Assembly (NCBI RefSeq): GCF_000012805.1
Contig: NC_007484.1
Coordinates: 480,001-512,000, forward strand
DNA from: Nitrosococcus oceani ATCC 19707
Lineage (GTDB): Bacteria; Pseudomonadota; Gammaproteobacteria; Nitrosococcales; Nitrosococcaceae
Length of the DNA stretch: 32,000 bases
Reading direction: 5' to 3'
The position numbers and the translations under genes were made by a program. Shown piece by piece: positions 25,981-32,000 of this stretch. The notes beneath the pieces are model-generated. The model saw only the letters and a list, made by a program, of their open reading frames with translations, made no database searches and was not told the origin of the DNA. Numbering within the stretch: the stretch's first letter is position 1; every line of letters begins with the position of its first letter.

Positions 25981-27795
25981 CTAATTGCCCTTTTCTTCTT
26001 GACCACTGGAAAACCAGCTTTCTTTAATTTCCTTGATGGACTGCTTAATAATGTTGATGGCTTCCGGATCTCGGTGCAGCAAGGCGGAGACATAGGCTTT
26101 GGCCTGTTCCAGCTTGATATGGGGAGGCAAGGGCGGCACGTTCCCATCGGTATACGCTTCTAGTATTACGGGTCGGTCAGCGGCTAGGGCTTCCTCCCAA
26201 GCGGGGCCGATACTTTCCGGCCGATCAACGCGGATGCCTTTAAAGCCAAGTAGTTCGGCATAACGGGCATAGGGAAAGTCGGGCAAGCTTTGGGAGCCTT
26301 CGAACTTGGGATCGCCCGACATCACCCGCTGCTCCCAGGTGACTTGATTGAGATCCCGATTATTGAGTACCAAGACAATCAGCCGGGGATCTTGCCATTG
26401 TTGCCAATATTTAGCTGCGGTGACCAGTTCGCTGTTGCCGTTCATCTGCATGGCTCCATCCCCTACAAGGGCAATAGCCACCCGATCCGGAAAGGCGAAT
26501 TTGGCCGCAATGGCATAGGGAACGCCGGGGCCCATGGTCGCCAAGCCCCCCGAGAGAGAGCACATCATACCTCGGCGGATTTTAAGATCCCGGGCATACC
26601 AGTTGGCGGCGGAACCGGAGTCGCTGCTGATGATGCAGTTATCCGGCAGTCGGGAAGAAAGCTCCCAGAAAACCCGCTGGGGGTTAATAGGGTCCGCATC
26701 GTGCATGGCGCGGCTTTCGAGTACCTGCCACCATTGGGCCACGTCTTTTTCGATCTTCTCTCGCCAGGCCCGGTTCGTTTTTCGTGTGAGAAGAGGGATT
26801 AAGGCCCGCAGGGTTTCCGCACTGTCTCCCACCAGATTCACTTCCATGGGATAGCGGATTCCCAGCATGCGCCCGTCCAGGTCAATCTGCACGCCCCGGG
26901 CTTGGCCTTCCTCCGGCAGGAATTCGGAATAGGGGAAACTTGAACCAATCATCAACAGCGTATCGCAGCCGTCCATTAATTCCCAGCTCGGTTTAGTCCC
27001 CAGCAGGCCGATAGCGCCGGTCACGAAGGGAAGTTCATCAGGCAGAGCGCCCTTGCCCAGCAAGGCTTTCGCTACCCCTGCGCCGAGCAGTTCAGCGACC
27101 TGAATAACTTCATCCGTGGCCCCCAAAGCGCCAGCTCCCACCAGGATAGCGACCTTTTTGCCTCTATTGAGCACCTCGGCAGCTTGTTGGAGATCTTGCT
27201 GATGAGGAATCACCCGGGGGATCGTATACCCGGTGCTGGAATGGATGGTGCCGTGAGCCCGTGGCGGTTTCTCAACGGCTTCCAATTCCTGCACGTCATT
27301 GGGAAAGATAAGGCAGGTCACGGTGCGCTCTGTTTTGGCAATGCGGACCGCGCGATCAATTAAATGGCGCACCTGGGCGGGAGTAGCGCACATATGTACG
27401 TATTCATGGGCGACATCCTTGAACAAGGAAATGAGATCCACTTCTTGTTGATAATCTCCCCCGAGGGCGGCGCGGGATTGTTGGCCCACAATGGCCACCA
27501 CCGGCTGATGGTCCAGTTTGGCATCATAAAGGCCATTCAGCAGGTGGATGGCCCCGGGTCCTGAAGTGGCCAGGCAGACGCCTACTTCGCCGGTAAATTT
27601 AGCATGGGCGCAGGCCATAAAAGCCGCCATTTCCTCATGCCGGGTTTGAATAAACTCTATCCGGTCTTGAAGCCGGTCCAGGGCGCCGACGATTCCATTG
27701 ATGCCATCCCCGGGATAGCCGTAAATCCGGTTGATGCCCCATTCGTTCAATCGGTGTAAGAGAAAATCGCTGACTATCTGGCTCATGCTGCTCAA
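25981..27795 (-). CDS. Thiamine-diphosphate enzyme, pyruvate-oxidase/PoxB-like
   Basis: 604 aa. The N-terminal PYR domain reads YGYPGDGINGIVGAL...IQTRHEEMAAFMACAHAKFTGEVGVCLATSGPGAIHLLNGLYDA. The TPP-binding motif is GDGAMQMNGNSELVTA...VLVLNN. Confidence 0.9.
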   Translation of the reverse strand: MSSMSQIVSDFLLHRLNEWGINRIYGYPGDGINGIVGALDRLQDRIEFIQTRHEEMAAFMACAHAKFTGEVGVCLATSGPGAIHLLNGLYDAKLDHQPVVAIVGQQSRAALGGDYQQEVDLISLFKDVAHEYVHMCATPAQVRHLIDRAVRIAKTERTVTCLIFPNDVQELEAVEKPPRAHGTIHSSTGYTIPRVIPHQQDLQQAAEVLNRGKKVAILVGAGALGATDEVIQVAELLGAGVAKALLGKGALPDELPFVTGAIGLLGTKPSWELMDGCDTLLMIGSSFPYSEFLPEEGQARGVQIDLDGRMLGIRYPMEVNLVGDSAETLRALIPLLTRKTNRAWREKIEKDVAQWWQVLESRAMHDADPINPQRVFWELSSRLPDNCIISSDSGSAANWYARDLKIRRGMMCSLSGGLATMGPGVPYAIAAKFAFPDRVAIALVGDGAMQMNGNSELVTAAKYWQQWQDPRLIVLVLNNRDLNQVTWEQRVMSGDPKFEGSQSLPDFPYARYAELLGFKGIRVDRPESIGPAWEEALAADRPVILEAYTDGNVPPLPPHIKLEQAKAYVSALLHRDPEAINIIKQSIKEIKESWFSSGQEEKGN

Positions 27796-27876
27796 CCTCC
27801 TATGCTGAGGGTTATTTATAATATCGCCTGAACGGGTATCATCGAGCTGTCTGCAAATTTGGGAGGGTACCTACTC

Positions 27877-28863
27877 TTATAAAAAAGCTAGAATAAACAG
27901 CGCTAAAATCAACCCTGCCGCGAGGGCAAACCAACGGGGGTGGGTGGTTACCCAAAGAGAGATACTGGCGCGATGGGCTATCTCATCAAAGCTGCCGTGG
28001 GTGCCGAAATCCCCAGCGACCGGATTCCAAAGATTGTGGGGGCGGTTAGGATCTTCCGGTTCGTCCCGCTGCTGGGACTGATAGCCAGTGCGGGCTAAAT
28101 AATGATCTAGCAGGCCCGGCATGAACTTATTGATAGCTACGATTAAAATCGTGGGCAGTCCCACCTTCAGCTCGCGGCAGGGATGCCTGACGGTCCAAAG
28201 AATAGCCCGGGCCGCTACTTCCGGCTGATAGACTGGCGGTACGGGCTGGGCTTTGCGAGGCAGCCGTGATTTAATCCAGTCAAACTGAGGCGTATTGAGC
28301 GCGGGCATTTGCACCATGGTCACGCGGACTTGGGATTTTTCATGGAGCAGTTCGCATCGCAGCGAATCGGTAAAGCCCCGAATGGCATGTTTGGCCGCGC
28401 AATAGGCGGCTTGCAAAGGGATGGCCCGATAGGCCAAAGCCGAACCCACCTGAATAATCACCCCTCGGTTGCGGGGTAGCATACGCTTAAGGGCGGCCAG
28501 GGTCCCATTGACGCAACCGAGGTAGGTCACCTCGGTGACGCGGCGAAATTCCTCGGGGGTCATTTCCTTGACCGGAGAGAACACGCTGGTCATGGCGTCG
28601 TTAATCCAGACCTCAATGGGGCCAAAGGCTTTTTCAACGGCAGCCGCGGCCGCCTCCACTTGATCCGCATCAGCCACATCCGTTGGGAGAATCAAAGCTT
28701 TTCCTCCCTGGGATTCCACTTCCCGGCACGCCCCTTCTAATCCTTCACGCCCCCGCGCCAGCAGTCCGATCGAGACTCCGCCTCTAGCAAACGCCTGGGC
28801 GACTGCCCGACCTACCCCCGCGGAGGCGCCCGTGATCACAACGACTTTGGGTGAAAAAGGCAT
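27877..28863 (-). CDS. SDR-family oxidoreductase with a C-terminal membrane anchor
   Basis: 328 aa: ITGASAGVGRAVA, NDAM, and YCAAKHA (YxxxK). The hydrophobic tail is WFALAAGLILALFILAFL. Confidence 0.9.
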   Translation of the reverse strand: MPFSPKVVVITGASAGVGRAVAQAFARGGVSIGLLARGREGLEGACREVESQGGKALILPTDVADADQVEAAAAAVEKAFGPIEVWINDAMTSVFSPVKEMTPEEFRRVTEVTYLGCVNGTLAALKRMLPRNRGVIIQVGSALAYRAIPLQAAYCAAKHAIRGFTDSLRCELLHEKSQVRVTMVQMPALNTPQFDWIKSRLPRKAQPVPPVYQPEVAARAILWTVRHPCRELKVGLPTILIVAINKFMPGLLDHYLARTGYQSQQRDEPEDPNRPHNLWNPVAGDFGTHGSFDEIAHRASISLWVTTHPRWFALAAGLILALFILAFL

Positions 28864-28917
28864 TTTTTTATTGGCTGTTATTAATTTCTAAATATCAATT
28901 TTGAAGATACGAACAAA

Positions 28918-28960
28918 GCATAGACGGATGGCTTGCAATCCGTCTATGCCTGTTTTTTTT
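28918..28960. terminator. Strong hairpin with flanking A- and T-runs (bidirectional-type intrinsic terminator)
   Basis: GCATAGACGGAT (28918-28929) pairs perfectly with ATCCGTCTATGC (28938-28949), with an 8-nt loop. T8 follows on the plus strand. On the minus strand it lies about 25 nt after the PRC-LysM stop and is followed by TTTGTT. Confidence 0.6.
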
Positions 28961-28975
28961 ATTTAAGGAAAGTGT

Positions 28976-29752
28976 TTATTCATTAGAAGATGGAATGGTT
29001 AATTTCGTCCCTACCAGCAAATCCCTGGGATCTTTAATTTTGTCCTTGTTCGCGTTATAAATTAGGCGCCACTTATTGGCATCACCGTACGCATGGTGGG
29101 CAATGTCGGCAAGGGTATCGCCCTCTTGGACGGTGACTGTTTTTGGAGTCGAGCTTCCGTTGTCTTGTTGCTGAAATTGTGATCTTTCGTTTGTTGATTG
29201 TTGATCAGTAGATTGGCTACCCGCGGTAGAAGATTGTTGCTGCTCCTTCAGGGAACTGGTATCGGTCACCTGCGCGTTGGCGGGCCAATTATCTTTATTG
29301 AAAGAAGGCGCATTCGCCAATTCTTCCGGCGTTGCGTCCATGACTAGGGTATAACTTTCCTCTTCAGGAGAAACCTGAATTAAATCCCAGGAAATAGCGA
29401 GCTTTTTTCCTCCCACGCCGAGGGTTTCGCCATGGGATAAGACCGCATATCTCACTTGACCTGATTTATCAATGACTAAATCGCTGATCTTGCCTAATTT
29501 CTTATTTTGCTTGTTTTTAACTTCCTTGCCGATTATTCCCGTGGCTTTGTAAATGTTTGGATAGGAGCCGGTAATACGTAAACTTTGGTCAGATTCCTGG
29601 CTCTGATGAGTGGTTTGGTTATCGGCGCGTTGTTGTTGCGACTCTTCATCCGCCAATAAGGCCGCGCTTGAAAATATCATTGATAAGATAGTTAAGGAGG
29701 CAAAAATTCTATCTTTACGGAGTAATGAAATAGAAAAAATAAGTTTGTTCAT
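28976..29752 (-). CDS. Secreted PRC-barrel plus LysM two-domain protein
   Basis: 258 aa. The N-terminal segment is hydrophobic and signal-like. The PRC barrel reads IIGKEVKNKQNKKLGKISDLVIDKSGQVRYAVLSHGETLGVGGKKLAISWDLI. A Q/S-rich linker follows. The C-terminal LysM reads VTVQEGDTLADIAHHAYGDANKWRLIYNANKDKIKDPRDLLVGTKLTIP. Confidence 0.8.
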   Translation of the reverse strand: MNKLIFSISLLRKDRIFASLTILSMIFSSAALLADEESQQQRADNQTTHQSQESDQSLRITGSYPNIYKATGIIGKEVKNKQNKKLGKISDLVIDKSGQVRYAVLSHGETLGVGGKKLAISWDLIQVSPEEESYTLVMDATPEELANAPSFNKDNWPANAQVTDTSSLKEQQQSSTAGSQSTDQQSTNERSQFQQQDNGSSTPKTVTVQEGDTLADIAHHAYGDANKWRLIYNANKDKIKDPRDLLVGTKLTIPSSNE

Positions 29753-29987
29753 AATGATAATTTCCTTTCAAGGTTCTATAAAAAATAGCGGAGTTAGTTT
29801 AATAAGCGTATTTCCCGAGAAGAAATTTTCTATACGGGAAAACCCTTAATAGCCGTATTTAAAAATGCTTCTTTGGAAAGACTCGCTCTTCTAAATAAAG
29901 CACTTCAGCAAATAAAAAGTAGATTTATTTTGCTCGCCCGTCTTTAATTTTCAACTACGCCGTTCCTTAACGGGGCTAAGTACAAAA

Positions 29988-30305
29988 ATGATTTTGCAGA
30001 CTTACGCCATTGTGGCGCTTGTTGGATTATCTGTATTGGGGTTGTCATTGCTCGCGGCAGCTTTCTGGCGTCCTCCCTCCAGGCCATTGCGGGCGCCCGA
30101 TTCTTGGAAGAAATACCGTTTCGGTTTTGCCACTTATTCGCTTATTTTTGTGGCCTTCGATATGGAAATGATTTTTATGTATCCCTGGGCGGTAGTCTTT
30201 GCAGAGATTGGATTGAAAGCGTTTCTCGATATGCTGGTATTTATTGCGTTGCTGGGCGGTGGCATTACTTATGTGTGGGGAATGGGCGGATTGAAATGGG
30301 AGTGA
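29988..30305 (+). CDS. nuoA: NuoA/ND3-like membrane subunit (divergent)
   Basis: 105 aa with three hydrophobic helices. The core motif FVAFDMEMIFMYPWAVVF corresponds to F..FDVE..FL.PWA. The C-terminus ITYVWGMGGLKWE corresponds to Y.W.KG.L.W. Confidence 0.75.
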   Translation: MILQTYAIVALVGLSVLGLSLLAAAFWRPPSRPLRAPDSWKKYRFGFATYSLIFVAFDMEMIFMYPWAVVFAEIGLKAFLDMLVFIALLGGGITYVWGMGGLKWE

Positions 30306-31228
30306 TGACAAGCGTATTAGCCACCGTGGCCGCGCTCTTGGCGGGGGTAGGGCTTACGGCCTGGCTGGAGCCTAAGTGGCTTGGCGCTAACGGCGAGCGG
30401 GGACCGGCAAGTCCCGTGAAAATTGCCGCCGATGTGCGGTTAACTCAGCCCGATCCCTGGCTCTATTACGCCGGGCCGGTAATCGCGTGTATGGGCGTGA
30501 GCTGGGCCATGGTCTGCATTCCCTTTAGTCCTTCCCTGGTAGGCAATGATGTCAATATCGGGCTTTTTTATTTCATCGTTGTGGTTGATTTCGTAGTGCT
30601 GGGTATTGCCTTGGGCGGATGGGGTGCCAACACCCCCGATAGTGTTGAATCCTGTTATCGGGCTATCGCCCAATTGATTGCCTATGTGATTCCCCTCGGG
30701 CTAGCGATTATCGGTCCGATTATGATGGCCCGCTCCTTATCGACGGTCCACATTGTTGAGGCGCAGGCCAACGCCCAGCTTTGGTATCTCATCCCCCAGC
30801 CAATTGGTTTTATTCTTTATGTGATATCGGGATTGATGCAAGTGTATCGGGCGCCTTTTCTGGAACCCTTTGCCGATCCCATTGGCCGGGGTGTGCTAAG
30901 CGTGTTTGGCGGCTGGAAGGGTTTGCTCTGGCGGCTCGCCTTGTCAGGGGTGCTTTTTGTGGTCGCCGCCATGGGAGCAGTCATTTTTCTCGGCGGCTAT
31001 AGCGGGCCGTTCCTGCCAGGGCCGGTTTGGATGGTCATCAAGACCGTGGGGCTAATGGTCCTCATGATTTGGTTGGGGCGCCAGGTGCGGTTATTGAGCG
31101 TGGCTGAAATGCTCAGCCTGTCATGGAAAGTACTTATCCCGGTAGGTTTATTGAACGTGCTGCTAGTGGGCGGATTAATTTTGTTGGGTGCCGGTCAAGA
31201 CCCCTTTTCTCCTGGAGGAGGCCACTGA
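30305..31228 (+). CDS. nuoH: NuoH/ND1-like membrane subunit (highly divergent)
   Basis: 307 aa from ATG 30305, which overlaps the nuoA-like TGA (an alternative ATG lies at 30296). It is collinear with NuoH: ...VNIGLFYFIVV...LGGWGANTPDS...IAQLIAYVIPLGL...YRAPF...IFLGGYSGPFLPGPVWMVIKT...WLGRQVRLLSVAEMLSLSWKVLIPVGLLNVLL. The last block corresponds to the R...PR.R.DQ.M...WK.LLP..L.N motif. Confidence 0.75.
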   Translation: MTSVLATVAALLAGVGLTAWLEPKWLGANGERGPASPVKIAADVRLTQPDPWLYYAGPVIACMGVSWAMVCIPFSPSLVGNDVNIGLFYFIVVVDFVVLGIALGGWGANTPDSVESCYRAIAQLIAYVIPLGLAIIGPIMMARSLSTVHIVEAQANAQLWYLIPQPIGFILYVISGLMQVYRAPFLEPFADPIGRGVLSVFGGWKGLLWRLALSGVLFVVAAMGAVIFLGGYSGPFLPGPVWMVIKTVGLMVLMIWLGRQVRLLSVAEMLSLSWKVLIPVGLLNVLLVGGLILLGAGQDPFSPGGGH

Positions 31229-31229
31229 G

Positions 31230-32000
31230 ATGGAAGTGAGTCCGGTGCTGCAATGGGCCGCCTTTGGGATCTTCGCTTTTATCAGCATCGCCGGAGCCTT
31301 GGGCATGGCTACGACCATGAGCATGTTTCGCAGCGGTATTTTTCTGATGGCTTCATTTATTGGGGTGGCGGGATTGTTTATTTTATTGCTTGCGGACTTG
31401 CTGGCCCTGTTGCAGATCATGATGTACATCGGCGGTATGTTGGTGATGATTCTGTTCATGCTGCTGTTCAGCGGCGATCCCGGCGGTGGGATGATGAGCA
31501 CTCATATGCGGCTTCGGGGTCCTGAGTGGTTCTTTAGCCTGGGTTTGGCCCGCTCCCCATCCGGAACGGATGGGAATAACGCTAATGATTCCTCGGATAA
31601 GGAAGAAGACCAGCGTGATCAGGCCAGGGACAGCCACCAAGAGGAAGGGGAGAAGGAGGAGAGTAACGACATGTCCATGTTTACCCCTGCTAAGCGGGGG
31701 GCCGCTGGGCTGGCGCTAGGTATCGGCGTTTTACTGATCGCGCTGCTGCTGTGGCGGCCCCATTGGGCGGTGGTGGCGCAAATGCCGGATCCGGACTCAC
31801 CCCGCCGTATTGGCCACTTGCTCATGGATAAATACATGATCGCTTTTGAAGGCGCGGGGCTGCTTATTCTACTGGGTATTTTCGGCGCCGTTCTGCTGCA
31901 ACGCCCTGGCAAATATCCTGACTCGGCCCACCGGGAGGAACTCCGGGCCGCGGTAGAGGATGCGCCCGCCCCGGTGAAAACCGATCCACTTAAACCCTTA
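31230..32000 (+). CDS. nuoJ: NuoJ/ND6-like membrane subunit with a long acidic insertion; 3' end beyond the window
   Basis: Not in the ORF track because there is no stop before the window end. My translation begins MEVSPVLQWAAFGIFAFISIAGALGMATTMSMFRSGIFLMASFIGVAGLFILLLADLLALLQIMMYIGGMLVMILFMLLFSG. The middle reads ...SGTDGNNANDSSDKEEDQRDQARDSHQEEGEKEESND. The end reads ...IGHLLMDKYMIAFEGAGLLILLGIFGAVLL... The blocks A.FL...Q...Y.G....LF.FV.M and L...Y...FE.....LL.A..GA fit NuoJ. The ATG lies 1 nt after the nuoH-like stop. Confidence 0.7.
   Translation, partial: MEVSPVLQWAAFGIFAFISIAGALGMATTMSMFRSGIFLMASFIGVAGLFILLLADLLALLQIMMYIGGMLVMILFMLLFSGDPGGGMMSTHMRLRGPEWFFSLGLARSPSGTDGNNANDSSDKEEDQRDQARDSHQEEGEKEESNDMSMFTPAKRGAAGLALGIGVLLIALLLWRPHWAVVAQMPDPDSPRRIGHLLMDKYMIAFEGAGLLILLGIFGAVLLQRPGKYPDSAHREELRAAVEDAPAPVKTDPLKPL

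Noticed and set aside
30045-31912. Minus-strand and alternative-frame ORFs across the nuo-like genes (30045..30311, 30440..30673, 31175..31501, 31383..31640, 31619..31912, 31253..31525).
   Set aside because: They overlap the collinear NuoA/H/J-like frames, which carry family motifs. These alternatives have no membrane-protein character or motifs.
1-32000. A scan for CRISPR arrays, rRNA, tRNA or long tandem repeats.
   Set aside because: I could not find any regularly spaced direct repeats or cloverleaf or rRNA-like conserved blocks by eye. Absence is not proven without tRNAscan or Infernal.

Overview
This looks like a gammaproteobacterial chromosome segment. I saw no rRNA, tRNA or CRISPR array. 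Region 1-9.9 kb is a decayed accessory/defence region. It holds parDE, a type I R-M pair (frameshifted hsdR translationally coupled to hsdS, no hsdM in view) and higBA. It also holds a GFA-family gene, hicB next to an amber-inactivated hicA, and a roughly 30-codon stub of an IntI/Xer-type integrase. Two HUH/Y1-transposase relics, a TnpB relic and an orphan RHH gene complete it. Three consecutive minus-strand units end in a shared TAAC-containing 19-nt motif, and the hicAB unit is bracketed by a perfect 10-bp inverted repeat. I read this as a relic integron cassette array, as a hypothesis. Region 9.9-14 kb is housekeeping: patatin, hpt, MTA/MTI phosphorylase and a DsbA-like gene, plus an AT-rich orphan membrane gene. 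Region 14-19.7 kb carries stress-type genes: an SDR, ChaB, and an apparent operon of a YdiJ-like FAD/Fe-S oxidoreductase, an ASRT-family protein and DUF202. Region 19.8-23.1 kb is a visibly GC-rich three-gene unit of an internally duplicated membrane protein, a gluconate-2-dehydrogenase subunit-3-like protein and a GMC flavoprotein. After it come DUF2254, an SDR/TPP-enzyme/enolase-superfamily operon and a secreted PRC-barrel-LysM protein. At the right edge, nuoA-, nuoH- and nuoJ-like genes sit back to back. None of the peripheral-arm genes (nuoB-G, nuoI) lie between them, and the sequences are divergent. I rate this the most unusual system in the window. All family calls come from reading the translations, since no searches could be run.
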